A stretch of 63,590 nt of DNA from Escherichia phage ECP2304: the sequence record OR880647.1. One strand, 5' to 3'. Numbering within the stretch: position 1 is the first letter of the stretch; every line of letters begins with the position of its first letter. Below the pieces are notes generated by a model. It was not told the DNA's origin and ran no database searches. It saw only the letters and a list, made by a program, of their open reading frames with translations. Positions 45,386 through 55,224 of this stretch are shown here, piece after piece. The translations under genes were made by a program, and so were the position numbers.

Positions 45386-47368
45386 TTAGAACGGAACGTA
45401 ATCCGGATCATCTACTTGTACAGGATTAACCACATTGTTCACCGTTATACCTTGCGTATTCTGTGAAACAATATCATCCCAGCTCACATCATCATTATAG
45501 CTTGGACCTTCGGTTGTTCCATCCTGCCCGTATACTTTAACCTGAATAGCTTCGTCGTCCTGTGGTGCTTCAAACTTACCGAAACACGTACCATCATAAT
45601 CATAGTTCAATATCTCAGGCCATTTCTTATTGGTATGAACTTTGATGTATTTTGGTGTTTTAAGCATTGCAGCAACATCAAGAGCTTCTTCAATAGTTTG
45701 TGGTAAAGGTAGATGCGTCCTTTTCTTCCACCATGCGACCGCTTTACGACCTGCCCAGTCACCATGAAGTAGAGCTACCCATTCGCTGAATATTTTACTA
45801 CCGCAATAATAAGTCACCTTCATTGTTGGAGGTTTAGAGCTGTCATTGCGTTTAGTGTGCTTCGCATAAGTAACATGCGTAACTTTAAAGTCTTCAACTA
45901 CCGGAATGTCCTGCTTGATCAATGCTTCGGTACTTGCTGCCTTTTTAAGTTTGGTTTGGAACTTAAACTCATGACCGCAAAATCCTTCTTTAACATAATC
46001 CGTTCCACGTAGTCTAAATCCCTTCAAATATAATTGTTGAACTTGTTCCTGTGTAACGCTGTTCATAGGGATTGGTGCAAAGCCACCGCAATAGCGAGCA
46101 GATGCATGATTATACGACCCGCACACATCGCATTCTTTAACCGGAGCAGTACCAGCACCTTTTTCGCCCGGGCGCTTGGGTTTAACAGGGTCGTTAATGG
46201 GGCCCAAACGGCGCGTATTACCGCTGAAATCCAGTACAAGGCAGTTCTGCTTAGGGCTTGCCGCAATAGCTTGCAAGCGGCCTTCCTGCGTGGAAAGATC
46301 AAATCCTTCCGCGTATACCGGACGCGTACCGCGACCCAACATCTGAACCCATAGCACAGCCGACGCAGTTGGGCGGAGCATGATAATTAAGTCCAGCATT
46401 GGATGATCAAAACCTGTGGTTAAGACGTTATTGTTAGTTAATGCTCGAAATTCACCGCGCTTGAATTTTTCAATAATCTCGTCACGTTCTTTTGCATCAA
46501 GCTTAGAGTGAATACATCCACAGCTAATACCCATATCGTTCAGCATATCGCACGCGTCTTTAGCGTGTTCAATACCAGAACAAAATATAAGCCAGCTTTG
46601 ACGGTCTTCACCACATTCAATTGCTTCCTCAAGTGCGCGGAGTGTTGCGTCATCGCGGTTTACCGCACTTTGCAGCTCACTCTGAATAAACTCACCGCCG
46701 CGTTTCCCTACACCATTGAGGTCCAGTTCCATCTTTGTACGCTTTGGCACAACCGGAAGCAAATAGCCTTGCTCCAGGAACCAGTTAAACGCTTCAGGGG
46801 TAGTTGCATCAAACGTTACTTTATCAAATAAAGCATCATCGTCTTTGTTTTCCTTAACAATTGAGCCGTAACCCAGTCGGTAAGGTGTAGCGGTAAGACC
46901 GATAATTTTTAAATACGGGTTAACTTCACGCAATGCTGCAAAGAACTTCTTATACATTGTTGCATCACGCGGACTAATAAGGTGCGCTTCATCCACAAAG
47001 ATTAGATCAACCTTGCCGAACTTTTTAGGATGCTTAGCAACAGATGCAATCCCCGCAAATGTGATAAGATTATAAACTTCTTTACGCTTCAAACCTGCGC
47101 TGTAAATACCTGCTGGCGCTTCAGGCCAGACTTTCATTAATTTATCATAGTTTTGCGCGATCAACTCTTTGACGTGAGTTAACATCATTACGCGCTGGTT
47201 TGGATACCATTTATAAAGCAGATCGAGGAACCCCGCGATAACGAGCGATTTTCCTGTCCCTGTTGGTAACAGGATCAAAGGGTTCCCCGCGTTACCCTTT
47301 TCAGCATCAAAATAGCGGAATACGCTATAAACTGCTTCCTGTTGATAATCGCGGAGCTGCATAATCAA
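45386..47368 (-). CDS. SF2 DEAH-box DNA helicase
   Basis: Walker A LPTGTGKS; FVDEAH; C-terminal Cys cluster; 660 aa. Confidence 0.7.
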   Translation of the reverse strand: MIMQLRDYQQEAVYSVFRYFDAEKGNAGNPLILLPTGTGKSLVIAGFLDLLYKWYPNQRVMMLTHVKELIAQNYDKLMKVWPEAPAGIYSAGLKRKEVYNLITFAGIASVAKHPKKFGKVDLIFVDEAHLISPRDATMYKKFFAALREVNPYLKIIGLTATPYRLGYGSIVKENKDDDALFDKVTFDATTPEAFNWFLEQGYLLPVVPKRTKMELDLNGVGKRGGEFIQSELQSAVNRDDATLRALEEAIECGEDRQSWLIFCSGIEHAKDACDMLNDMGISCGCIHSKLDAKERDEIIEKFKRGEFRALTNNNVLTTGFDHPMLDLIIMLRPTASAVLWVQMLGRGTRPVYAEGFDLSTQEGRLQAIAASPKQNCLVLDFSGNTRRLGPINDPVKPKRPGEKGAGTAPVKECDVCGSYNHASARYCGGFAPIPMNSVTQEQVQQLYLKGFRLRGTDYVKEGFCGHEFKFQTKLKKAASTEALIKQDIPVVEDFKVTHVTYAKHTKRNDSSKPPTMKVTYYCGSKIFSEWVALLHGDWAGRKAVAWWKKRTHLPLPQTIEEALDVAAMLKTPKYIKVHTNKKWPEILNYDYDGTCFGKFEAPQDDEAIQVKVYGQDGTTEGPSYNDDVSWDDIVSQNTQGITVNNVVNPVQVDDPDYVPF

Positions 47369-48273
47369 TCTTTCCCGTAATAGTTAGCTACTTGATAGTT
47401 TTGACAACCAACTTTTTGACCCTGCGTATCTACTGCAATGGAATGAAAATTGCAATACCATGTTCCATCATCTTTTGGCTCAAGAAATTGACATGTACGA
47501 CAGTTTACTTCCGGCATAGTTTTACGCCAGCACAATGAGGAATGGTCGCACCATTTGCATTCGAAGAAGGTAGAGTCTTTGAATGCACGGTCAGGAATAT
47601 CCGTAGCAATAGCAATCTGCACACCACGATCAATATACATGTCCGCAGTGACCGGATCAAATGGAATAATTTCTGCGTAAACTTCATCATCGTTCTTGTT
47701 TACAGCAAGATATAACGCTGCACCAAGTCCAAGCTTTCGCATATACACGTTCATCTGCACATAGTGCTCAGGTTTAGCTTCTTTGACACCTTTAGCTTTC
47801 AGCTTCTTGAAAGACTTATCATTATGGGTCTTCATTTCAGTAAGCACGGGCATTCCAGGCTGAACGTCCGGACAACCTATAACCACACCATCGCATGAAC
47901 CGCCAAAGTGTCCGCCAGCTTCGCTAATACGGAACTGGTGTCCGTTTTCATCCTGCTGGTAAACCTGCATACCTGCCGCAAGAAGCATAGCAATAAAGCG
48001 CGCTTCTTCCAGATGTCCGCGGTTAAATAAGCGGAGCTGGCGTCCATCAAACTCTTTACGCGTAGCCCAGCGATACCCATAGAACAGTTTGCGAGCACAT
48101 TGCTGTCCAATAAGGGAAGCGCCTAAGTGACTGCGATTTCCGCTTTCAGGACGATATGCGTCTTCAATTGTGGGAATAACTACGCCGAGATATTTACGGT
48201 AAGTCCCACCCTGATCTTTTTGCACACCGTCATTGATCGCTTGAAGTGTTTTTTCTGCAATATAAATAGCCAT
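47365..48273 (-). CDS. PD-(D/E)xK nuclease (Cas4/RecB-like exonuclease)
   Basis: D...EMK motif and C-terminal multi-Cys cluster. Confidence 0.5.
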   Translation of the reverse strand: MAIYIAEKTLQAINDGVQKDQGGTYRKYLGVVIPTIEDAYRPESGNRSHLGASLIGQQCARKLFYGYRWATRKEFDGRQLRLFNRGHLEEARFIAMLLAAGMQVYQQDENGHQFRISEAGGHFGGSCDGVVIGCPDVQPGMPVLTEMKTHNDKSFKKLKAKGVKEAKPEHYVQMNVYMRKLGLGAALYLAVNKNDDEVYAEIIPFDPVTADMYIDRGVQIAIATDIPDRAFKDSTFFECKWCDHSSLCWRKTMPEVNCRTCQFLEPKDDGTWYCNFHSIAVDTQGQKVGCQNYQVANYYGKD

Positions 48274-48338
48274 TGGAATACCTTAGAAAAATAAGCCGTC
48301 TTTCGACGGCTTATGGACACTACAGAGGGAGGGTTAAC

Positions 48339-48760
48339 TTACTGCTGCCACGGCGGGACTGCTGCTTGTGCCGGATGGGGTTCAGCTTGCTGCTGTGGCT
48401 GCGCTTGCTGCTGTGGTGCTGCTGCCTGGCCCGGCTGTGCTACCTGCTGCGCCCACGGCTGCTGAGCTGCTTCCGGTGCTACTGGCTGTTGTACCGGAGC
48501 TTGCTGAACTGGCTGCTGCGGCGCTGCGTTTTGAGCAGGATTATCCCACGGCTGCGGTGCTGCGTTCTGCCACGGTTGAGCTGCTGCTGCGCCCTGCTGC
48601 GGTGCTGGTTGCTGCTGCACAGGCGGCTGAACTGGCTGCTGTTGCTGTACCGGAGCTTGCTGCTGTACAGGTGCTTGCTGTTGCTGAGCAAACGGGTTAG
48701 CTGCTGGCTGCTGTGGCGCTGCGCCCGGGAAAGTTGGCTGCTGTGCTGGCGCACCTGCAC
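48339..48760. repeat. CAG/CTG-rich low-complexity repeat tract
   Basis: Reiterated GCTGCTG/CTGGCTG units; creates spurious plus-strand ORFs. Confidence 0.7.
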
Positions 48761-49226
48761 CAAACGGGTTAGCTACTGCTGGAGCACCCATTGATGGAGC
48801 CTCTGCTGCTTTTTCTGCATATTTAACCGGATCGTTGATGTTAGCGTAACCGTTAGGCTCGTTGCTGTCTTCATAACCTTCCTGAGAACGAACTTTCAGA
48901 CGCAGGTTCAGCGGAATGTTATGCAGCTGAGCAGGGGTATCCCAGCGAATTACACCAACCGCATGGGACAGAGCACCCAGTTGCTCGTAAGCGATGCGTA
49001 CAGTATCTTCGTTGTCGTTAATGACGTTATAACGAGCAAAGATTTTACGCCCTTTAGCAAAACCGTCAATGATGCTAAACGTTACCTGGATCGCCATACC
49101 GCCATTTTTGGTCGGTTTAAATTCAGATGCTTCAATTACTGCTTTATACCAACCTTTCGGCAATGCGCCGTAAGAAGGTGCTTGATAGCTGCTCGCGTCA
49201 AAGTGGAAATTAGTTGGCATAGTCAT
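48339..49226 (-). CDS. putative ssDNA-binding protein with long Q/P-rich C-terminal tail
   Basis: Globular N-terminal 130 aa then about 160 aa of PQQ/AQQ repeats; sits between Sak4-like ATPase and nuclease. Confidence 0.45.
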   Translation of the reverse strand: MTMPTNFHFDASSYQAPSYGALPKGWYKAVIEASEFKPTKNGGMAIQVTFSIIDGFAKGRKIFARYNVINDNEDTVRIAYEQLGALSHAVGVIRWDTPAQLHNIPLNLRLKVRSQEGYEDSNEPNGYANINDPVKYAEKAAEAPSMGAPAVANPFGAGAPAQQPTFPGAAPQQPAANPFAQQQQAPVQQQAPVQQQQPVQPPVQQQPAPQQGAAAAQPWQNAAPQPWDNPAQNAAPQQPVQQAPVQQPVAPEAAQQPWAQQVAQPGQAAAPQQQAQPQQQAEPHPAQAAVPPWQQ

Positions 49227-49954
49227 TAGTTGATACCTTTCATTTTGTTGATAACAGAACCTAAGTGTGGGACTTCAACCGCATCTAAACGTCCCGAACG
49301 ATCCTTAGCGATTGTATTAAAGTCCGGTTGAGTTTGCAAGTAACGATATGAGTTACCTTGCTGATCCTTATTTACATTCAGACGAAACACTTCGTCGAAG
49401 AAGTAAGGGAGCATTTGCCCCAATTTGGACCCAGGCATAGATGGAGCATACGCGGTAACACCGGAGACTTCATCTTTGTCTTTGCCCATTTTAGCAGACA
49501 TATAAACATGTTTGCCAGGAATATCGCGAAATTTACGGATCAGATCTTGCATCTTTTCAAGCAAAGTACCATAAGCTTGACGAGGATCTTTTGTTCCTTT
49601 TTTCGCATTGTTTAAACATTGTTCAGCAATTTCGCTCAAGCTGTCAAGCGCAATAGAATCGAAATACTGCTGGTTAGCTGGAGTTACACACCACTGATAA
49701 GCAGCTTCAACGTCCTCCAGACATTTAACTTCAATAACTGGGATATCATAAACGATCGGCAATCCCATGTTACCATAAACGCGATTAAGGTTTTCCGCTG
49801 CAATAGATAACAGACCGGACTCTGCGCTGATCAAAATTGGTTTAGGTAGTGTGGCTACAAGGCTGGTTTTACCCATACCCGCTTCACCGTAAACCAGAAT
49901 TTTAACACCTGTGTCCTGCACAACTTGTGAAGACATTTTAATTTCAATGGCCAT
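49226..49954 (-). CDS. Sak4-like recombination ATPase (RecA-fold)
   Basis: Walker A GEAGMGKTS; about 240 aa; adjacent to SSB-like gene. Confidence 0.5.
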   Translation of the reverse strand: MAIEIKMSSQVVQDTGVKILVYGEAGMGKTSLVATLPKPILISAESGLLSIAAENLNRVYGNMGLPIVYDIPVIEVKCLEDVEAAYQWCVTPANQQYFDSIALDSLSEIAEQCLNNAKKGTKDPRQAYGTLLEKMQDLIRKFRDIPGKHVYMSAKMGKDKDEVSGVTAYAPSMPGSKLGQMLPYFFDEVFRLNVNKDQQGNSYRYLQTQPDFNTIAKDRSGRLDAVEVPHLGSVINKMKGIN

Positions 49955-50019
49955 TTAACGCCTCTCTTTTAAGTTCGCGCTCATTGTAACGTAATATACT
50001 TTGAACCCTCAATTACTTT

Positions 50020-50934
50020 TTAATCTAAAGCCTGATCACTTTCATCGCGGAAATGCATAAAGTTTGCAAAACGCGGTTTATCTTTCACGCCATGAGGGAA
50101 GTGTTTATATGAAATAGTCCGACCTTTAATTTTGTCAGGGTTATTCCAATAATAAATCTTATCCTCTTGCGTTAGTTTACCAGGACTAACGTTGATTGTA
50201 TTGCCCGTCTTAACGTCTTTACAAACCAACGTCCCGATCATACCGTTAGGAACTTTATTTTCCTGATGCGAAGATCGTGTAGTCCTGCCCAGCTCGTTAA
50301 CAGTAGCCTCATTAAGGTTAGTTTCACCCTCAATAATATCAAGGACAATAGCATCTTCCTGAATAAAGCGTTTAATACGAAGATATCCACCTTCACGAAC
50401 TGTGCCGCGCCCATGTTTATAAGGCTTGTCAGGATCACGGATAATAATACCTTCATACCCCATATCAAGCCAGATGTTTTCCCAGTAGAGCAACTCTTCT
50501 AAAGACTTAACCACATACATTGGCACAACTTGCAGATCGAGCAGTTCACCTTTCGCGTGCTGTGTGGTTATAAAATCTTTCATCATGTTGTAGCGTGCTT
50601 CATAGCCCATCTCTGCAACACTTTCAGCGCACAGATCAAAGATGTGCCATTTCAGGAACGGTTCACCTTCAATTGTGTTTACCGCACTGGTTGTTTTACG
50701 ACACAGGTCTGGATCTGTTTCCACACCTGCCGCAAGTTCACCGTCATAGCCCATGTACTGGGGACCGCTGAAAATTGCGCTGGTATGGCGGTTTTTAAAC
50801 AGCTTTAAGCTTCGCCCTACTATCTGCCCGTCCGGATTTAAACCGCGTACACCGTCGATTTTAGGCAGTATACAGCACGGAAACTTAATCTTTTCTTCAA
50901 CCGCGTCAGTCGCTAAATGTGGTTTAAATGCCAT
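50020..50934 (-). CDS. ATP-dependent DNA ligase
   Basis: Adenylation motif I KIDGVRG; ATG 50932-50934 after GAGG. Confidence 0.65.
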   Translation of the reverse strand: MAFKPHLATDAVEEKIKFPCCILPKIDGVRGLNPDGQIVGRSLKLFKNRHTSAIFSGPQYMGYDGELAAGVETDPDLCRKTTSAVNTIEGEPFLKWHIFDLCAESVAEMGYEARYNMMKDFITTQHAKGELLDLQVVPMYVVKSLEELLYWENIWLDMGYEGIIIRDPDKPYKHGRGTVREGGYLRIKRFIQEDAIVLDIIEGETNLNEATVNELGRTTRSSHQENKVPNGMIGTLVCKDVKTGNTINVSPGKLTQEDKIYYWNNPDKIKGRTISYKHFPHGVKDKPRFANFMHFRDESDQALD

Positions 50935-50942
50935 TGTTAACC

Positions 50943-51566
50943 TCATTCATAATAATCATGTTGATGAGAACTGCCACGTATACCGCAACGTTCTAAAAGT
51001 ATTGCAGCTTTTTGAGCTTTCTCTTTCATACGGGTATTACGGCGTAAATGTCCGCTACCCTTTTTAGGTCTATTTTCCTTTTTCTTTGCTTCGGAAATAA
51101 GCTCTTTGCATTCCTGCAAACGGATCTTGCTTCTTTCCAATCGCATAGCAGAACGCGCACGTTCATCGCAAAATCTTTGGGCTTTACTACGCTGGTCCTG
51201 ATTAGCTGTATGACCTTTAACGTGGCGAAACTCAATAGTAAGATTATATTTACGAAGTTGATCGTTCAACCATTTGAAAGCTACACCTTCCTGTTCACTT
51301 TTCCAGCTTGCCTCTTTATACACTTTAATAGCGGTTGAACAATCTGTTTGCACAATTAAATGATCGCCTGGATGGATTAATTTAGCCTTCATTCCCTCCC
51401 AAATAACATTACAGATTGCCATTGTTTCAGCTGCATTATTATCAGGAGCTCCACGTAACGGTCCACCGTTAGCGTTATTTCCACGGTTGCACACTACCCA
51501 TCCACCGTATCCCGCAGCTTTTGTATTTGGACAAAAACTTGCATCAGATATAATTGTTACTCTCAT
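50943..51566 (-). CDS. ribonuclease H
   Basis: RNase H-like D/E/D/H pattern (IISDAS, AAET, VQTDCS, HVKGHTAN). Confidence 0.55.
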   Translation of the reverse strand: MRVTIISDASFCPNTKAAGYGGWVVCNRGNNANGGPLRGAPDNNAAETMAICNVIWEGMKAKLIHPGDHLIVQTDCSTAIKVYKEASWKSEQEGVAFKWLNDQLRKYNLTIEFRHVKGHTANQDQRSKAQRFCDERARSAMRLERSKIRLQECKELISEAKKKENRPKKGSGHLRRNTRMKEKAQKAAILLERCGIRGSSHQHDYYE

Positions 51567-51575
51567 TATTTATCC

Positions 51576-51603
51576 TTAATAAAAAGGGGTCTGTTGACCC
51601 CTT
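51576..51603 (-). terminator. rho-independent terminator (minus strand)
   Basis: AAGGGGTC-AACA-GACCCCTT followed by TTTTTATT on minus strand. Confidence 0.65.
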
Positions 51604-51607
51604 ATAG

Positions 51608-51838
51608 TTATGCAGGAATGGATTCTTCCGGTGCTTCCGGAATAACAATCTCGATCTCTTCCTCATTCTGGAAGGTTAGTCGAAACCCGTCTCCTGGACG
51701 CCCGAAAGCAAAGGTAAGGGCTATCGTATTATCCTGCTCGTAATGACAGATACTTTCTACTTTCATTTCGTTACCGTAGAAGTCACGGTAAATCATTCCA
51801 GGTAGCGCATCGGTCGCTTTGATCTTTCTTACAGCCAT
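51608..51838 (-). CDS. hypothetical protein (76 aa)
   Basis: Clean ORF. Confidence 0.45.
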   Translation of the reverse strand: MAVRKIKATDALPGMIYRDFYGNEMKVESICHYEQDNTIALTFAFGRPGDGFRLTFQNEEEIEIVIPEAPEESIPA

Positions 51839-51849
51839 TATTCCCCCGT

Positions 51850-52662
51850 TTACAGTTTGTCTTTGAACTCTTCGATATATTGCTCAATCGGATACTGCTT
51901 ACGCTTGAAACGATCAAACAAGATTTTAGCGTTGCGAACTGCTTCAACATCCAATTGCACATCTTTGGCAACTTCTTCGGCGTTAGGTTTAACCATAAAA
52001 TCACGCCATGTAAAACCGTTCAGATTATGCATCTTAGCGATGTGCTTGTTGTAACGGCTTTCCCAGTCCACACGCGGATCTTCCATCTTGCGTAAACCGC
52101 GCCCAAGCACCTGTACATATAGATCTTTCTGACGTTGTACAGCTTCGCCATTATAAGGTCCGGTTTTAAACTCAACAACACTACCGTTAAGATCTACACC
52201 ATCTGCAAAGTTGTGTAGCATAGTTTCAATGACGTCATTCAATGTTGGAACCGTCACTTTACCCTGAGCAATACCTGCTAAATAACCGACGTTTTCTTCA
52301 CCGTACAACTCGATCAGTTCTTTCTTGGTTGCTTCTGCTTCTTTGTTTGCGGACAAAGCCAACATCTGTTGTTCGAACATGTGTTCCTGTTCCAGGAAGT
52401 GAGCATAGCGCTCTTCGTCTACTTTGCACACAATCCATTTATATTCAACATCCTTGCTGAAGTCCGGATACTGATCTACTTCTACTACTTCCGTAGTAAA
52501 GAACTTGCCGTTATATTGAATAACAACTGTATCGCCCGGCTGCAATTCGTCACTTTCCAGAGCACGGTAGGTATAAAGGCGACCACCTGCTTCAAACTTA
52601 ACTTTGACAGTTACAACGCCTTTTAACAGAGCATGATAAGCTTTCTGATATTCTTTACGCAT
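51850..52662 (-). CDS. hypothetical protein (270 aa)
   Basis: Clean ORF in replication module. Confidence 0.55.
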   Translation of the reverse strand: MRKEYQKAYHALLKGVVTVKVKFEAGGRLYTYRALESDELQPGDTVVIQYNGKFFTTEVVEVDQYPDFSKDVEYKWIVCKVDEERYAHFLEQEHMFEQQMLALSANKEAEATKKELIELYGEENVGYLAGIAQGKVTVPTLNDVIETMLHNFADGVDLNGSVVEFKTGPYNGEAVQRQKDLYVQVLGRGLRKMEDPRVDWESRYNKHIAKMHNLNGFTWRDFMVKPNAEEVAKDVQLDVEAVRNAKILFDRFKRKQYPIEQYIEEFKDKL

Positions 52663-52703
52663 TTTAGTTTCCTCTCGGGCGGATTGACCGCCCGTTAATG
52701 TGG

Positions 52704-53114
52704 TTAGGCTTTATTCGGCACAATTTCCAGAGACGCGGAACCAACTTTCGATTCAACGCACTGGTTAAAGACTGCGGCTTGCTCCGCTGTAAGTTTACGC
52801 CAAGCCGCAACTTTCAACACAGGTTTATTTTCCACAAGCTGATCAACGTTAACACCAACTTTAATCAGATCTCCCAGGATTCCGTTAAGGCTTGGAAGAT
52901 CAATCTTGCGATCAATCTTGTGTGTCATTTTCATAACCCCGCCAGTAATTTCAACTTTATTAGTCCCTTCTGATGGAGCAGGGAAATAGGACTTAATAAT
53001 CTTTTCGCGTAGTGCTCGCTCGCGAGCTTGAAGCTTTTGTAATTCTGCTTTGGTTTTATACCACTCAATAACATCTGCTTCGGTTGCTTGTACTGCTTTA
53101 TCTGCGTCGAACAT
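52704..53114 (-). CDS. hypothetical protein (136 aa)
   Basis: ATG 53112-53114 after GAGGA. Confidence 0.5.
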   Translation of the reverse strand: MFDADKAVQATEADVIEWYKTKAELQKLQARERALREKIIKSYFPAPSEGTNKVEITGGVMKMTHKIDRKIDLPSLNGILGDLIKVGVNVDQLVENKPVLKVAAWRKLTAEQAAVFNQCVESKVGSASLEIVPNKA

Positions 53115-53355
53115 TTTTCTATCCTCTGTTGTGTTTCGATGTATGTATAATAGCACATCCATGTGACAGGGCAAGACTCAATCTGTATCAATTAATCTTT
53201 TTAAACGGATTAGTAATCTAGCAACCTTCCTCCATTCGGCATCCTCCATTAATGGTGAAGGCTTATACGCTTCAGGTATCGGACAAGGTATATAGGGTTC
53301 CATGTCAGATATTACTTGCTTTGATAACTTTTTCTTCCGTTTACCCATAAATAGC

Positions 53356-54012
53356 CTATTTCAAATAGCGGGAAGTCATAATTGGATGCAAAGACACTTC
53401 TTCCTCAGATGTAACCACATCAGTGGCAGGTACAAAGTTGTTGGACTGCTCGTCTCCAAGTTTCCACCCTTTGCCGTTACCCTTTTTAAGTTCGCCCGTA
53501 CCAGTGGACCCAAAGCCATTGGCACCGCGCTCAGTGGTCTTAAGCTCTTCCACTTCTACCAGTTGCACGCCGGGCAGCTTAATAAGCATAGCTTGCGCAA
53601 TGCGATCACCATGACTGACTATAAAACTACCATCATTATCAATAGTAAGCTTAACCTTAACTTCCCCAGTGTAATCGCTGTCAATAACACCCACGCAATT
53701 TGCCAAACGCATGTCATTTTTGAATCCGTGTCCGCTACGGGAATAGACCATAAGCGCGTAACCTTCGGGAATATCAAACGCTAACCCTGTGCGGAATATG
53801 TGTTCATAAGAGAAAATGATTTGTTCACAACCTTCTTCACTCTTAAGGTCCGCGTGCAGGTCAAAGCAAGCTGCCCCAGCACTGGCAAACGATGGCAGGA
53901 TTGCGGTGTCCGTTAAGCGTTTTACCCCGAGAAGAGTTGGCGCAAAGGATGTAGCAGTTATGCTAGAATTAGTCATAGAAATAGTGTGCATGTTATTTAA
54001 TACGTCAGTCAT
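53356..54012 (-). CDS. dut: dUTP diphosphatase
   Basis: Motifs AGxDL (AACFDL), RSG, GVIDSDYTGEV, RIAQ, ERGANGFGSTG; AAGGTGA RBS. Confidence 0.85.
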   Translation of the reverse strand: MTDVLNNMHTISMTNSSITATSFAPTLLGVKRLTDTAILPSFASAGAACFDLHADLKSEEGCEQIIFSYEHIFRTGLAFDIPEGYALMVYSRSGHGFKNDMRLANCVGVIDSDYTGEVKVKLTIDNDGSFIVSHGDRIAQAMLIKLPGVQLVEVEELKTTERGANGFGSTGTGELKKGNGKGWKLGDEQSNNFVPATDVVTSEEEVSLHPIMTSRYLK

Positions 54013-54021
54013 AATTTCACC

Positions 54022-54489
54022 TTATTGAATTGAACCGCGATCAATTAACCATTGTTTCGCGTGCGCTTTAAAAATAATGCGATAGTCATCAAGACTAATC
54101 TCCGCGCGGATGGAATCTTTAACTTCGTACCACTGCCACTCGCCATTGCTAAAGACAACTGGATTGAGTGGTAGAACAACCTTCCATCCTTTACGTTCTA
54201 TTTTATACATTAGAACTGGATATCTGCCAAGCTCTTTAGCGGATTGAACAGTCTGCTTCCACCATGTGTTCACCTGTGGCGTAGCATGGTTTTTTACTTC
54301 AACTGCATGGTGGCATGTATTGCTAATGTCGCAACCACCGACCGCACTTTGATTCTGGTTACGCTGAGCAATAGGTTTTTCCGGTAACTGCATCCCCAGC
54401 TCTGCGTAAATTTCGGCATAAATTGCATTAAAGAAATCACATACTTCCCGCTCACCGCGTTGACCTTTAGCGCGAATATTTACTGCCAT
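54022..54489 (-). CDS. putative PD-(D/E)xK Holliday-junction resolvase-like nuclease
   Basis: GQRGERE...GGCDI...EVKN pattern (Hjc-like); ATG 54487-54489 after GGAG. Confidence 0.4.
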   Translation of the reverse strand: MAVNIRAKGQRGEREVCDFFNAIYAEIYAELGMQLPEKPIAQRNQNQSAVGGCDISNTCHHAVEVKNHATPQVNTWWKQTVQSAKELGRYPVLMYKIERKGWKVVLPLNPVVFSNGEWQWYEVKDSIRAEISLDDYRIIFKAHAKQWLIDRGSIQ

Positions 54490-54529
54490 GTTTGTCTCCA
54501 TAACTTTAATGTAAAACACTTCATAAAGA

Positions 54530-54558
54530 ATTTTATATTGAAGTTATGTTGATTGCAA
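54530..54558 (-). promoter_or_regulatory. sigma70-like promoter for gene 54022..54489
   Basis: Minus strand TTGCAA, 17-nt spacer, TAAAAT. Confidence 0.35.
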
Positions 54559-54560
54559 GG

Positions 54561-54594
54561 AACAAAAAAGCCCAGGCATAAGGATTCCTGGGCT
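54561..54594 (-). terminator. rho-independent terminator (minus strand)
   Basis: Minus strand AGCCCAGG-AATCCTTATG-CCTGGGCT followed by TTTTTTGTT. Confidence 0.65.
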
Positions 54595-54868
54595 CTCTTG
54601 ATTGTCAGATAGCTTACTTTGACTGCCGTCTTCGTCTATCCTGGCCTACTTGTACAGCCTCGCCAAAGGCTGGTGACGGTTTGGTACATCTGGCGCCGTC
54701 TCGTTAAACATCGTTTACATCGTTCAGTAAGTTGCGGGTTTATCCTGTCCGCTCCAGGAAGCCCAGCGAAAGTAGTTGCTGTAAGGAGGTACAGCTACCG
54801 CTTTCAAGGGCTTGAGTTAAGCATCGTTCACTAAGTTAATGTTGTTAAATTGTTAAACCTCGTTAACT
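54595..54868 (-). ncRNA. candidate small non-coding RNA
   Basis: About 270 nt without credible ORF, bracketed by minus-strand promoter and terminator. Confidence 0.3.
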
Positions 54869-54874
54869 GTGGTT

Positions 54875-54903
54875 ATCTTAAAGGATGCAATCCTGAACGT
54901 CAA
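54875..54903 (-). promoter_or_regulatory. sigma70-like promoter (minus strand) with palindromic spacer
   Basis: Minus strand TTGACG, 17-nt spacer containing AGGATtgcATCCT, TAAGAT. Confidence 0.4.
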
Positions 54904-54906
54904 GCT

Positions 54907-55224
54907 TCAATTTTGCGCGGTTCCCTTTGCCGCTTTTGGTGCTAAAGTACCATCATTTAACATCAACTCAAAACCTGTTACTTGATCGGTTGGAACAATA
55001 GGGTAATTCATGATAGCTATGTGGATACAACACCCTCCATCACATTCGTCGATGTATTCACTACCCCAATAGTATAAATGACCATCTCTTCGAATATCCA
55101 TTGCTGTAGGGAAATCTACAAGAATTCTTTTGATTTCTTTTCGTCCTTCTTTATGCAGATTAGTTTCAATACGGATAAGCTCCGCATAAATTGCTTCACA
55201 GATAGTATTTACAATTCCCATCAT
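54907..55224 (-). CDS. hypothetical protein (105 aa)
   Basis: Clean ORF. Confidence 0.5.
   Translation of the reverse strand: MMGIVNTICEAIYAELIRIETNLHKEGRKEIKRILVDFPTAMDIRRDGHLYYWGSEYIDECDGGCCIHIAIMNYPIVPTDQVTGFELMLNDGTLAPKAAKGTAQN

Noticed and set aside
48273-48794. Plus-strand ORFs (173 and 110 aa) rich in Leu/Cys/Trp or Ala
   Set aside because: Artefacts of the CAG/CTG repeat tract on the strand opposite the SSB-like gene.
54619-54834. 71-aa plus-strand ORF in the candidate small RNA interval
   Set aside because: No RBS or promoter in the plus orientation; interval is bracketed by minus-strand promoter and terminator.
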